Virus record (IMG/VR): IMGVR_UViG_3300031841_003798
Span: 11,590 to 75,589 of that record
Source: a virus
Strand: one strand, 5' to 3'
DNA: 64,000 nucleotides
A program made the translations under genes and the position numbers. Shown here in pieces: positions 10,141 to 22,700 of the stretch (its first letter is position 1; every line of letters begins with the position of its first letter). Below the pieces are notes generated by a model. The model saw nothing but the letters and a program-made list of their open reading frames with translations, was not told the origin of the DNA and searched no databases.

Positions 10141-12283
10141 AAAATACGGCCCAGGAGGAACTGCTCCTCCCGGTGGTTTTATCGCAACACTTTTAGATAA
10201 CCTAGGTGCCGTACCTGTTAATGGCGGAGTTACGGGTAATCACATGCTTAGTGGTACGCTAGACGCAGATTCAATTGCTGCGGCGTCCATAAACCAGTTT
10301 GCTAACGCTAACATTCCTCCCAACTTAATGGGAGACTATAGACGAGGATCTATTAATGCCGTTATGGAAGGCGGTACTCCCGGGCAGTTCAACTTTATGA
10401 ATCAGTTTATGGCAAACAACAATTTGCCTGCTGCTTCTACTCCTCCTTCTATAAATACAGATCCGTTTCAGTTTATGCCGCAAGTCGGACTGCAAAACCA
10501 GATGGCTGCAGACGATCAAGCGTTACAACTTGCAGGTCCGATTAATACAGCTGGACCTCAAGTGGGAATGCCGGTAAGCTATCGTCAACCTCCTGCTCCT
10601 GTAACTGGAACACCCGCAGCCGGATTGCCTGCTAATCAGCCGTTTAATTTTCAGATGCCTAGTCTTCCTGGCGTTACTGCACCTCAAGCAATGCTTAGTG
10701 GGCCAGGAGGTATTAACCTTAATGCTGTATCTGGATTAGGTATTGCACCTCCTGAAAACCAATCTAATCTTTCTGTATCCGGAGAAACAAGCTTAGCTCG
10801 CGGTTTATTAGATCAGTTTGGTACACAAGCTGTAGGCGCGTTAGAACAACATGCTAACGTGGTAAATACCCAAGAGTTTGATAATATGGCCGCTGCAGTC
10901 AATAAGACTACGCGAGCTGCCAACTTATTGAAAAAAGCTGCTGGCAAGAAAGGAGCAGAGGCACTAGCTAAGTTTAATGCAACTGGTGTAGGAAGTAAGC
11001 TTGCAGAAGTTGCAGGTAGTAAGTTTGGTACATTCTTGTCTAGTGGTGCGGGTGCCGCTACTTCTGCTGGTGTCGGACTGTTAGGTAAAAAGATTCAGCA
11101 GTGGGATCAAAAAGATGGTAACTATAGTAAGGCAGGTGCTATGGGAGGCGGTGCATTACAAGGTGCTGCAATTGGATCTGCACTTGGGCCTATCGGTACT
11201 GTAGTAGGTGCAGGTGTTGGTGCTGCAATAGGAGCTGCTCAAAAGAAAAAGTTTGATGCTCAAGCTAGGTACCAAGACGTTGTAGACGGTGCTAATGAAG
11301 GCGCTGCAGAAGCTAGCCAAAGTTTAGCTAAACGCGCTATTCTTAATACCTTCCCTATCGAGGGTATAAAGGAGCAAGTTTACAATTTAGGCGGAGAGAC
11401 AGAGCCTGAAGCAATTGCAGGAGCTATGCCAACTGCGTTAGAGCTTGCCGCTGCGCAGCAGATGAATAGAATGGTTGATCCTATGACGGGAAATATGATG
11501 AAAGAAAATCACCCGTTAGCTGCCGAATACATTGATAACGACTTAATGAATATTGGTCAACGAACGTGGCTCAATAGTCAAACCGAAGCAGATCCTAATT
11601 TACGGCCTGCTTGGAGTGCAGGTGCAGTATCTAATCTTATGCAAACAGCATATCCTGGATTTAAAAATAGCACGGCTCACGCGGGATATATGCAAGATGT
11701 CTTGTTTGGCGATAACAAAGCTAACTTTACAGGGGGGCGCACAAGTTTAAAAACATCATTTGTGCCAGGTACTGTATTGACTCAAGGACGAGGCTCTAAT
11801 TCTGATATGAATTATCGCCAAATGAAAAAAACAGTAGAGCAGTATGACCCTAATAAATCTACACCCATGCATGGCGATGTAATTATTGGGTCATATGTAA
11901 ATGATGCTGGTGAAACTATGTATCAAATACAAGGCGGTAACATGGCTGACACGTTGTATACTAAAGATTTGTCAGCAAAAGAAATTCGTAACAAGTACCC
12001 AATGGCATTAATGCCGCCTCAAATGAAACACGGCGGTCATACGAATGATCCTGACTATTTAGCAGAAGGAGGTGAAATGATTCAACACGCACCAGGAGAT
12101 CTGCCCAAAACAGATAACAACGGTAGCGTTACTCCTATCACTAAAACTATCGCTCGTATTAATGGCGATAAGCACAGTGCACCTAGCGGAGGTGTAGGTA
12201 TGGAAGGAAAGGAATCCGCACGCATTTATTCTGATCAGCTGCATGTACCGGCTGAACTTGTAGCCCAATTATCTAAACTCTAA
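10124..12283 (+). CDS. Virion cargo/ejection protein with glycine-zipper TM region and DUF2272/CHAP-like amidase domain
   Basis: GAAIGSALGPIGTVVGAGVGAAIG Gly-zipper; PAWSAGAVS...STAHAGY...HGDVII...GGNM matches the DUF2272 pattern; AEGGE and HS...GGV motifs of crAss-like cargo proteins. Confidence 0.6.
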   Translation: MRKKIKKYGPGGTAPPGGFIATLLDNLGAVPVNGGVTGNHMLSGTLDADSIAAASINQFANANIPPNLMGDYRRGSINAVMEGGTPGQFNFMNQFMANNNLPAASTPPSINTDPFQFMPQVGLQNQMAADDQALQLAGPINTAGPQVGMPVSYRQPPAPVTGTPAAGLPANQPFNFQMPSLPGVTAPQAMLSGPGGINLNAVSGLGIAPPENQSNLSVSGETSLARGLLDQFGTQAVGALEQHANVVNTQEFDNMAAAVNKTTRAANLLKKAAGKKGAEALAKFNATGVGSKLAEVAGSKFGTFLSSGAGAATSAGVGLLGKKIQQWDQKDGNYSKAGAMGGGALQGAAIGSALGPIGTVVGAGVGAAIGAAQKKKFDAQARYQDVVDGANEGAAEASQSLAKRAILNTFPIEGIKEQVYNLGGETEPEAIAGAMPTALELAAAQQMNRMVDPMTGNMMKENHPLAAEYIDNDLMNIGQRTWLNSQTEADPNLRPAWSAGAVSNLMQTAYPGFKNSTAHAGYMQDVLFGDNKANFTGGRTSLKTSFVPGTVLTQGRGSNSDMNYRQMKKTVEQYDPNKSTPMHGDVIIGSYVNDAGETMYQIQGGNMADTLYTKDLSAKEIRNKYPMALMPPQMKHGGHTNDPDYLAEGGEMIQHAPGDLPKTDNNGSVTPITKTIARINGDKHSAPSGGVGMEGKESARIYSDQLHVPAELVAQLSKL

Positions 12284-14388
12284 TGGCTAAGAAAAAAACA
12301 TACGCTGCAGTGATGGAGGATATGTCCAAAAAACTGCACACGTATCAAACTCGGTTACAGGAGGCTCAACAGCGCGGAGACACTGTAGGTATGCAAGACT
12401 ATGGTCGTCGTATCCAACGCGTCCAGGCAGGTATGGAAACCTTGTTCAATACGCAAGAGGCAAGCAAACAACCACAGCCCACAATGCAGATGGGATACGG
12501 TGGTATTCCCCAGTACGGTGATGGAACTCCTGAGACTCCGGCTAATCAATGGGATGACAAACAGTATGAGCTTGGGCTTCGTACGTATAATGTTGGAGCT
12601 TTAATTAGTTGGGGCAACCGTCCACAGATTACTACCCCCGATGGCCGGAAGTTTGCTCGATTTGATACGTTGGAAGATGGTTGGAATGCGTTAAACAAAC
12701 AATTAAAAACTTACCAGGGAACACGCAAAGACGGAAGGCGTAGTGGTACTGGTATTACAGGAAAGAGCACATTGCGTGAAGCAATGAGTAAATATGCTCC
12801 AAAGTTTGAAAACGATACAAAAGGATATATCACACGGCTAGTAGATTACTTAAACGCCGGCGGTGAAAACATTACGCCGGATACTCCTATTAGCGAAATT
12901 CCTACGGACAAGTGGGCTAGTGCTATTGCTCTTGTTGAAAGCCCTCAAGGTTATGCTGCACTAGAGCGAGCCAATTTGTTAAACCCTGAAATTCAAGCGG
13001 GGTTAGCAAATGAAAGCGCTGTAGTTAAAAATCGTAGTACTGCTGCAGCTTTCCAAGAAGCATATCCAGCGGGATTTACTAGTAGTACACAAACTGAGCC
13101 TCAACCAGAGCCAACACGTAGTGGTCCGCGTACTACGCCTAGTCCTGAGCCTGACGTAGCTCCTCGAGCGCAACAGCCTAATCAAGCTCAATTAAATCTG
13201 CAGCAACAAGCTGAGCAAGATGCACGTGATGTAACTAGTACCGCTCCTATTCCTGGACAAAGCGCGTTAGAACGACAGATTGCAGCTAATGCAGAAGCTC
13301 AACGCCGCGCATTGGAAAATCAAACTCCCGGCGTCTTTAATCCTATTGAACCAGAATACAATCCAGACTTCCGCCCGGGATACGAAGGAAGTTTTGACCC
13401 TACTGCTCCCTTAGATGGAGGGTTTCGTCAAGGTAATCGACAATACTTTCCTCTAGATCCATTAGCAGGGTTGGGTACTAGACCTAGTCCTGAGTTCTTG
13501 CGTAATCAAGAATTGCAAAGTTTAACCGATGCTGACTTCACATTTGAAGAACCAGTTGATCAAACGCAAACACCAGTTGCTGAAACAAGACAACTTGAAG
13601 ATCTGGCAGACGTAGACTTGACATTCGAAGATCCAGTAGATGAAGGGCCGGAAGGTGCAGCTCGTAATGTAATAGACTATGAAACTCCAGAGGTAGGCAC
13701 ATATGATAATGCTGTTGCAGGACAAGATCCATTTAGAAGCTACGATGGATCTGCTGAAGCAGTTAGTCAAAATATGTCTAGCCTGTTTGGACAGTTAGTT
13801 CCTGAACAAAATAAGCTAGCACAATACGCGCAGTTTTTGCCGGACTTGTACGCGGCTTATCAAATGGAGCAAGTAAAAGGTCCTGTCGACATGCCATCAC
13901 AAACGTTGGCACGTATGAATACGGCCCTTAACTACAATCCTATCTATGCCCAAGCGCGTCAACAGTTAACACAAGAGAATTCGATGATTGATCGTAATGT
14001 GTCTAACCCTGTTGTAGCTGCCGCTCTTAAACGAAGCGCTGCTAACCAAGCACAGAGTGTGATGGGACAAACTATGGCTAGTGAGATTGATCAAGAGCGG
14101 CAACTAGCTAATCAATACGCGCAAAACATTGCGCAAAATAGAAACATTAACGCCCAGATTGCTGCTCAAAATCAACAACGGCAAACCGACTTTCAAAACG
14201 AAAAACGTGCCGCTCGAGCAGACATGTTGCAACAAGCTGGTCTCAGGATGGGACAGATTTACGGAGAGAATCAAAACCGTCAGTTAGATTTACAACGCCT
14301 AGGATTGTCTGCATTACAGTTTGAAGGTGATATGTTAGGACGTATGGGCACTAACTTAGAAGCTATGAAAGCGGCAGGCTTAATCTAA
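12283..14388 (+). CDS. Virion cargo protein with lysozyme-like domain
   Basis: RTYNVG...FARFDTLEDGWNAL..QLKTY...TLREAMSKYAPKFENDTKGY resembles the phage virion lysozyme-like family (NNPGN...WAPP.ENDT..Y); Q-rich coiled C-terminus. Confidence 0.6.
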   Translation: MAKKKTYAAVMEDMSKKLHTYQTRLQEAQQRGDTVGMQDYGRRIQRVQAGMETLFNTQEASKQPQPTMQMGYGGIPQYGDGTPETPANQWDDKQYELGLRTYNVGALISWGNRPQITTPDGRKFARFDTLEDGWNALNKQLKTYQGTRKDGRRSGTGITGKSTLREAMSKYAPKFENDTKGYITRLVDYLNAGGENITPDTPISEIPTDKWASAIALVESPQGYAALERANLLNPEIQAGLANESAVVKNRSTAAAFQEAYPAGFTSSTQTEPQPEPTRSGPRTTPSPEPDVAPRAQQPNQAQLNLQQQAEQDARDVTSTAPIPGQSALERQIAANAEAQRRALENQTPGVFNPIEPEYNPDFRPGYEGSFDPTAPLDGGFRQGNRQYFPLDPLAGLGTRPSPEFLRNQELQSLTDADFTFEEPVDQTQTPVAETRQLEDLADVDLTFEDPVDEGPEGAARNVIDYETPEVGTYDNAVAGQDPFRSYDGSAEAVSQNMSSLFGQLVPEQNKLAQYAQFLPDLYAAYQMEQVKGPVDMPSQTLARMNTALNYNPIYAQARQQLTQENSMIDRNVSNPVVAAALKRSAANQAQSVMGQTMASEIDQERQLANQYAQNIAQNRNINAQIAAQNQQRQTDFQNEKRAARADMLQQAGLRMGQIYGENQNRQLDLQRLGLSALQFEGDMLGRMGTNLEAMKAAGLI

Positions 14389-14395
14389 TTACACT

Positions 14396-16729
14396 ATGAG
14401 TATTTTCGACAAGTTTAAAGTCAACCCGTATATCAGCACATATGCGGGTGCGCCAGTAGACGCTTTTAATCAAGTAGCGAGTACACTGCAACAACGGTAT
14501 GACAAGAACTTAGCTGATATGGATGCCATTGAGCAGCAGATGGCTGCTGTAAAAACAATGGATATCGATAAGCAGGCCAAGGCTGATATTACGAAAAAGT
14601 ATCAGCAACAGATTGAACAACTAAGTGAAGCACCAGAAAGCGCTAGCCGTGGTGTTCGAAGCTTAGCTCGTCAGTTTGCTACAGACCAAAACTTAATGCT
14701 CTTGCAGTCTAACCAAGCAAAGCTGGCAGAATTAGAAGCAGCTATTGCTGAAGAGGATTACTCTGGATTCCAAGCAGATAAGCTGCGGCGTGCATTAAAA
14801 TACTACGAAGAAGAAGGAGGAGCTGCAGCGGGATTGAAGTTTACCGGTTTTGCTCCAGGCGAATTGCATAGTCAATTCTATGAAGAGATTGACATTGGTA
14901 AAAACGTTGACGAGCGAGTTAAGGGTATTGATGCCATTAAGTCTGGAGGCGCTCAATTTGATCCCCAGACTGGTCAATACACAGGTAATGCATTGAAAGA
15001 AGAAGTATCTGGAGAACGGGTGTATCGTAGTGCTATGGGCGTGCTTCAGGATGAAAAGGTGCGTAGGCAGGTTTATGACGAGTACGTATATAACAACCAG
15101 GGTGAGAAGCCTACTAACGAAGAGTTAGCTGAATACTTCGTTACTACATACGTTGATGGTGCATTAGCTAAGTATGCGCGTGAAGGTGTAGTTACCGATA
15201 TCGATGGTGGCGGATCCAACAGAGGACCTGCAGCAAACACGATTCGCGGAGGTGTAGCGCCTGTTTCTTCAGTCGCACCTACTGCTACAATTGATGTTCC
15301 CGGCTTTATGGATGAGGAAAAGGAGCCGCATCAAATCAATAATCGCCTGCGCGAGCTTGCTGCAATGCGTGATAGCGGAGAGTATCCAGACGGTGTTGAT
15401 CCTAATGCTGTAGACTTAGAGTACACTCTACTCACCAATAGTTTACATACGGTTCTATTTGATGAAGAAGCAGGCGAACCATTAATTGGTAATGCCAATG
15501 ATAGAGCTGCACTTAAAAACATTCCAACTAATGAGTTGTGGACGATTATGGACACAACTACCGATGTACCTGAATTACAACAAGCGGTAGACGATTACCT
15601 CACTACTGGGGATGCGACTAATCTAAAAACTCTGCTGCAGCAACGAAATGGTATGCAAGCATTTGCTCCAGTATCTAAGCAGTTAGGAAAAATAAGAAAA
15701 GACGCGTTAGAGCTTGCTCGAGATGCAGTAAAAGACCGAGATGATCTATCCCGTATGGTAAAGGCCAATCCATACAACACTCCGGAATACGAACAAGCCG
15801 TACAAGAATTAACTCGTAATTACTTGACAGAGTATGTCAATGAGTTAGAACCATTTGTTGCTCGATTTGATCGTACTGGAGCAGAACAGTTAATTCGTAA
15901 GTACAATAATAATTTAGACGACGAGACTGTTACTAATCTTGCTGATCAACTGTTTGATGCAACGCAGAAAAGACTGTTTAAAACAAACTACCGAGAAGCA
16001 ACTAATGCCGGTCGAGCTGCTGTGGCTCAGGAACGCCGAGACATTAGCATTCAATCACTCGTTAGCCAAAATCAACTTGATGAGCTTAACGGAGCGTTGC
16101 GTAGTCAATTTGGTGGCACTCAAGCTAGTAGCAATTTAGAAGTCTTTAGTGTCATGGGTGAAGATGGGCGTGCAACTAGTTTAGATCCCGATTTACTTAA
16201 TGAACTAAACTTTAGTCAAATGAGTATTGAACGAGTTGAAGTAAGTAATGCTGCTGGATTTATTCAGGTAAAAGTGCCTTCTCGTAAAGAAGACGAGGAG
16301 CCACGCCTGTTAAATATTAACTTAAATAAAGCTGCAGCTACTAACAACCTATCTAATATTCCAGAGGCAATCGTAGGTTATGCTCGCAACATTGCACAAG
16401 ACCCTTACGCTAATGATGAGTTGAAAAAGTCAGCTCAAGATGTATCATTTGGTTTAGGGTATACTGAGGCCTTGAACAAAGGATTAGCAGCATTTCAAGC
16501 AAATGCTCGTTTGGGTCAAGGTGTGGAGCCCGCACCCATTGATGCGGACATTGTCAACTATGCATTTGGTCCAGTAACTCCTAAAACAAATACCGACGGT
16601 GAATACTACTTTGTGGATGGCAATGGTAAACACATGTTTGGTCCGATGGTCACATTTAAGAGTGCTAACCAAGCTATGCACTACTTGATTGATCAAGCTC
16701 GAGAAACGTACAAATTAGGCAAGGCTTAA
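14396..16729 (+). CDS. Virion cargo/ejection protein
   Basis: N-terminal NPYISTY..APVD....LQQRYD helical region, as seen before crAss-like RNAP genes; synteny. Confidence 0.55.
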   Translation: MSIFDKFKVNPYISTYAGAPVDAFNQVASTLQQRYDKNLADMDAIEQQMAAVKTMDIDKQAKADITKKYQQQIEQLSEAPESASRGVRSLARQFATDQNLMLLQSNQAKLAELEAAIAEEDYSGFQADKLRRALKYYEEEGGAAAGLKFTGFAPGELHSQFYEEIDIGKNVDERVKGIDAIKSGGAQFDPQTGQYTGNALKEEVSGERVYRSAMGVLQDEKVRRQVYDEYVYNNQGEKPTNEELAEYFVTTYVDGALAKYAREGVVTDIDGGGSNRGPAANTIRGGVAPVSSVAPTATIDVPGFMDEEKEPHQINNRLRELAAMRDSGEYPDGVDPNAVDLEYTLLTNSLHTVLFDEEAGEPLIGNANDRAALKNIPTNELWTIMDTTTDVPELQQAVDDYLTTGDATNLKTLLQQRNGMQAFAPVSKQLGKIRKDALELARDAVKDRDDLSRMVKANPYNTPEYEQAVQELTRNYLTEYVNELEPFVARFDRTGAEQLIRKYNNNLDDETVTNLADQLFDATQKRLFKTNYREATNAGRAAVAQERRDISIQSLVSQNQLDELNGALRSQFGGTQASSNLEVFSVMGEDGRATSLDPDLLNELNFSQMSIERVEVSNAAGFIQVKVPSRKEDEEPRLLNINLNKAAATNNLSNIPEAIVGYARNIAQDPYANDELKKSAQDVSFGLGYTEALNKGLAAFQANARLGQGVEPAPIDADIVNYAFGPVTPKTNTDGEYYFVDGNGKHMFGPMVTFKSANQAMHYLIDQARETYKLGKA

Positions 16730-16734
16730 TTACT

Positions 16735-19700
16735 ATGGCTGAAAACATTAACTTCGATAGCACTCCCGCAACGGCGAGTGACCGTAAGGCTGCCGCAGAC
16801 TTTACGCCCCAAGCAGATAACCTTCAATTCGAGGGTGCACCTAGAGGGTATGAAGACACAGAACCTTTAGCGCAAGTTTCTGCTGCACAGCCAGCATTAA
16901 AGTATGCTCCCTATACTCAGTACTTCGGTAGTCTAAATACTCGGGATGCCGCGGCAGCTCGTGGTCAAAGTGCAGGCTCAAAGCTTGCTGGCGGATTGTA
17001 CCAAGGTGTTGTCGGTGAAGTTATCGGTGGCACATTACAAGGTCTAGGCTCGTTCGGCATGTTTGCTGATAGCGAAGAAAACTTTTTGTACCAACTCGGA
17101 GAAGGCCTGCGTGAGCATACCATGGATGCTACGCCAATCTTTGAGCGTGAAGCAGGTAAAGCCTTTGCGTTTAATGACGTAGGCTGGTGGGCAAAGAATA
17201 TGCCCAGCATGCTGTCTACATTAAGCATGTTTATTCCTGGTGCAGCTATTGGTAAAGGTGCAGCTATGTTAGGGCGTGCTGCAGCTGCGTCTGGTCGTGC
17301 AGGACGTATTCTTAAAGGAGTACAAGCGGCACAAAAAGCTGACAAAACTGTAGACAAAGCTGAAGCTGCTGCAGCACTTGCTGGAAAAGAAGCAGCTCTT
17401 GCTGGACGTATGGAGTCTCAGGCGCAAACGATTGGTACTGCTCTTGGTATGCGCCATGCAGAGAATATTCGTGAGGCTATGGATATTCAACAACAGGCTA
17501 CTACTGATTTTATCGAGTCAGGCATGTCTGTTGAAGAGATGAAAGGCACTGAAGCCTATCGCGCTTGGAAAGCCGAGAATGGTGACCGTGAACCAACTCG
17601 TTACGACTTAGCTAAATATGTTGGAGGTGCAGCAGCTAAGCGTAGCTATGCAGTTAATTCCTCTAACCTGGTATTCGATTTAGCGCAAAGCGCTATGATC
17701 TTCAAGCCGTTTAAACTTCGTACTCGTGGTGCAAAAGCTACTACCGCTGAAGCTGCTGATGCAGCTAAGAAGTTAGGTGACAAGGTTGTAAAGGAAGCTA
17801 AGGGTAATCGTTTTAGTCGATTTGCGGATCGGTATGGCGAGTACATCGGAGGCATGGCTTCTGAAGGAGTAGAAGAAGCAGTTAACTTCATTGGTAGCGG
17901 AGAGGGCATCGCGTATGGCGAACAGCTGCGCGGTATGGAAAACGAAGGGTTCCAGAGTCGTTTGAACGACTACCTTAACGATGATCACCTGTGGGAGAGT
18001 GCGTTCTTTGGTGCGCTCGGTGGTGGTTTATTCCAAGCAGTAGGCGGAGCTTTTGGTAAGAAGCAGAATGCATTGCTTAAATCTTACGAAGAGCGTATTA
18101 AGACCCAGAAATACTTTGCTGAAAAGATTAAAAAAGCAGAGGAAAAAGGTGACGTTAAGGAGGTCAAGAAGCTTAAGAATCAAATGATTACCAACCTTGC
18201 TATGCAAGCTGCGCAGCAAGGGCGGGTAGATCAATTGATTGATCAGCTTAACGATGAAGCGTACATCGAAGAGTTAGCTAAAACTGGCATTGGCACTAAG
18301 GAAGAGCTGATGGAACAGCGAGAGCAGATTATTGAAACTGTTCTTACTGCAGAAAAACACTACCGTACTGCTAACCAGTGGGCCATTGACAATGGCATGG
18401 ATGCATTTGCTCGAGGCGAATACCTTAAGGATTCTATCGATCAGCAGAACCTGTTAGACTATGTCAACAAACGTATTGAGGAGATAGAGGAAGAAGGTAA
18501 CGTTCAGCAAGATGAGCGTTCAGTTATGGCTGCTAAGAAAGCTGTGCTTGAAGACCTTAAGAAACGTATGCAAGGCAACAAGGTCGAGCAAGAAAAGTTT
18601 AAAGATCAGTTTATCGCATTACAGGAAGAGGTTACTAAGTACGAAGAGAAGCAGGGTAAGCCCATCGACATTAGTGCAGCTAACGAGGCAACGTATGAAA
18701 GCCAAGCATTAGCTGTGTTGCAGCAGTCTGCTAAAGACCGGTTAGCGTATATGAAGTCTGATGCTGCTATTGTACGGTACAACAAGCTGGGGCAAGAGAC
18801 TGCTAAGAAGCAACAAAAAAAGCTTGAAAAGGATCTGCTTAAGAATATCTCCGAGATGGAGAATGAAGAGCAGTTAGAAGACTTTATCAAAAAGAGCCGC
18901 CGTAACAAAGACACTAAGTTTAAGGAAGCGGCTGAGCGCAGGCTTAAAGAATTGCGTGAGCAAAAGAAGGTAGACAAGAAGGTTAAAACAGGTAAGTCTG
19001 AAGACTCTGCTGATACTACAGGCGAAGAAGGTTCATCTGAAGATGATGGTACTACTACTGAAACAGGTCAAACTACATTAGAGTTTCCTGAAGATGACGA
19101 TCAATCTGGTGCTACGGATGAAGAAGATGCGCCGCCTAGTGGACCTACCCGCAAGCCTCTAGAGTTAGAACCTTTACCTGCATTGTTACAACGTATTCAA
19201 CAAGAAGGTGAAGAAGCACGTGATGCTTTATTAGCTGAGTTAAAACAGGTTCGTGTAGATCTTACTAACGAAAAGAAACGAATTCGTCGTGCAATCGATG
19301 CAGCTAAAAAAGCAGGAAAACCTACAGCTACTTTAGAAGCAAACTATAAGCAAGCAGATGAAGAACAAGGAAAGTTAACCAAGGACTACATTCCTGCACT
19401 CCGGAAAATGGAGTTTAAGGAGGATAAGACTACAGTTACCAGCGATGGGTTTAAAGCACGGGAAGAAGGTTTAGATGAGTCTGAGGCTAAGCGTCGTGAG
19501 CGCGAACTCTTAGAAGATGGGGGTGCAAACGTATTTGCCTTAGATCTCATCCGAGCATTCTTACCGCACTTAACTGCAGGCAAAAGCTTGTTTGGATTAC
19601 CCTTTGACGAATGGCGTTTAGATAGTTCTAGCGCTAATGTCAAGGACGGTAGGTTAGTTATTGCTGACGAGGATGTAGAGAAATACAAAGCACTTCAAGC

Positions 19701-22700
19701 TGCATTACAAGGAAAAGCTAAAGTTCGCATTGTAGAGACCGACGAGTCTTTTGGAACAGAGTCGTCAGAGGAAGCAAGTATTTTTTCTCGGAAAGAAGCA
19801 TCTCGAGTTGATAAAATTCCTCGTAAACGTATTGACGGAAAGGTTCAATACAAGGTTAAACGCGGTAAAGAGCGTCACTATGCAATTGAAGTAGATTTAG
19901 GTACGAAGAAAGTTATTATTGGATACGTACCTCAGGCTACCACTGCATTAAAACATGCAGCCAGTTCATTGTCTCTGCTTAAAAAAGAAGAGCGTGAAGC
20001 TGCATTAGACCTTTTAGCTTCAGATATAACCGGTGATCGTTTTGCAATGCAAACGATGTTTGCTATGATGCACACTGGTGATTTCCAGGCATTAGAAGCA
20101 GTAGACCGTATCATCACCTTACGCCGCATTTTAGATCGTCGTGATGGTGTGCCTTTAGATATTGATTTACGTCAAGAAGGGCGTGGTAGTCTGCTTCGTC
20201 CTAGTGTAGATTCTACTGTTCGTTTAGGTGATCTGCACAATATCAATACCACGATTGAGGAACATGGTATTTGTATCATGGTTTCTGAGGGGCAAGACAC
20301 CTACCTCTACAATCTTAAAACGGGTCAACGAGAAGCACGTAAGCCTTATCAAGATGGTAAGAAAGGTCTTGATTCTAGTGAGGGTATTGACTATGGTAAG
20401 GGCTCATTCTTTGTGCCCATCCAAGCATCTGATGATGTAAACGATATTATCTACGTTCGTATCGGTGATGTACCGTTGTCTCGTATTGGCAACGGCGTTA
20501 TTGAAGATGTGTTGGATACGTTGAAAGACCAACGCTTATCTGTTGAAGAGCGTACTGATGCTTTACGTGCAGTAATGGCTGTTCGACCAAACAGCAAAGA
20601 GCTGACTGAAACCCAGCTAGCCAACATCACCAACAATCACCTTAAGAATGGTGCTATTGTAACTCCGACCCGTACCTACTTTGTACAGGGCGGTGTTGCT
20701 ATCGGTGTCTACAACAATAAGACAGGCGAATTTATTGCCACCGAAAGTGAGGCAGCTGGAGTGTCTACGGTATCGGATGCTATCGGCCAAATGAACTTCC
20801 GTGGCACAGTTCGCGATGGTGCTCAAGACTACTCTTTAGAAAACGATCGTATTGCTCAGTTGGTTCAGGAGGTGCAGTCTCCTGTTGCTCCTATTATTGA
20901 TGCGCACGGTAACTTTATTGGATACCGCCATCCTATTACTGCATTAGAGCAGCGTAATCCTAAGCTGTACAATCCAGATACTCGTCAGACTCAAGCTACT
21001 ATTCAGGTAGACATGAGCCAGTTGGTTGATGAGTCTACAGATGTGGTTGAGCCAGAGGACAAGAAGCCCAAGGGTAAGAAGAAAGAAGAGTCTTCTGGAG
21101 GTGTCAAGAAGACGAGTGGTAAGAACCCTTTCTTTATGACTACTGAAGTAGCTGCGGAAAGTCAGCTAGATCGCCAAGCCACTGACAAAGAGCAGAAACA
21201 AGCAGAGGAGTGGTTAGACAAAAACTTACCACACGTTCCTTTCCGTCGTGTTCGTGGTTTAATTACGCGTGGTGGTGCTACTGCCTATGGTATTTGGGAA
21301 CAGGGTACGGTACAGGTTAGTGACCTAGCGGTTGTGGGTACCGAGTTTCACGAGGCGTTCCATGCTGTTATGGATACGTACCTGCCGGAAAGCCGCAAGG
21401 CTAAAATTCTTGCTGAAGCTGATAAGAAGTATGGTAACCCTACAAGCAAACAATTAGCTAAGCTTAAAGAGTTGTATCCCGATGCTACCGCATCAGAGCT
21501 GCAAGACATTTATTTAGAGGAAAGGCTTGCAGAAGCATTCCGTGAGTACATGTTGAGCAGTGGGTTGAGCATGGCAGAAAAGAGTGCTACGGCACGATTC
21601 TTTGCTGAGTTGCTTGAGTTGATCCAGGCAATGTTTACTGGTCAGTTTCGTGCTCGCCAGTTGATGCAACAGATCAACAAAGGAACGTTTGCTTACAAGC
21701 CTGACGCACGTACTAAAAACTATGTAAAGAAATACATGGCTGTACCGGGCTTTAGCGCACTGGAACTTAAGGAACTAGCCAGCGTTTTACCACTGGCTCT
21801 TAACGAAACTCTAGATCAAGTCAACCAATACTTAGCTGCTAAGCAGGAAGGACAAGAGAAAGCAAACGAGTTTCTCGACGAATACTATTCCGATCCTCAA
21901 GCGGCTAAACTAAAGGAGAAGGTGCGTCAAATCGGTGATGCTGTTGCTGCACGACGCACAGAACAACCTGAAACGGACGGGGAAAGCAAGCCGTTGGGGA
22001 AAAAAGAGATTGCAGAGTTAGTGTTAGAAGCTGCGTTTGAAGAACAAGGTGGTATTGAAACCTTGTTCTTCTGGGCTAGTGTTAACGCATCGGATAAGAT
22101 GAAAGAACAAATGGATGCAGACATCGATCGCATTCGTTTGAATAAAGATGCACTGGTCCGTGATATGCTTAATCGCAAGGGTGTTGTCAGTGCGCTTGTT
22201 GACACGCTTGAAGCTGATGTGATTACCGGTAATACCGATGCGCAGCAGTATGGCGGCAAGAGCATGATGGAGGTAAACCCGAAGGAAAAGATTCCTGCTA
22301 GCGTTCGCAACTTGATCAGCCGTACCATGGCGATGCCTACTGTGTTAAGTGAGGCAGTGATCGAAGCCATGGAGCAAAATGACCCAGAGGTCCTGCGTGA
22401 TGCGGTGCTTAAACATGCAGCGCAAAACACGTTCGATCAGTTCAGTCAGTTTGGCCTGCCGCGTATGCTAGACTTTAACCAAGTCTATCCATATCTGTTA
22501 CACCACTTGTCTACTGCTACAAACTATGCAGAAATGCTGCAGCGGTTAGAAGATTTGGGTAGAAAGGGTAACCCGGATATGTTACTGCTTAAGGCTAAGC
22601 TTGAAGATTCGCGTACTCCAGAGCTTGTGCGTAATCAATTCTTTGTTGCATTCAAGCGAGCTAAAACTGATGAGATTAGTGTAACCACTAGAAATATATT

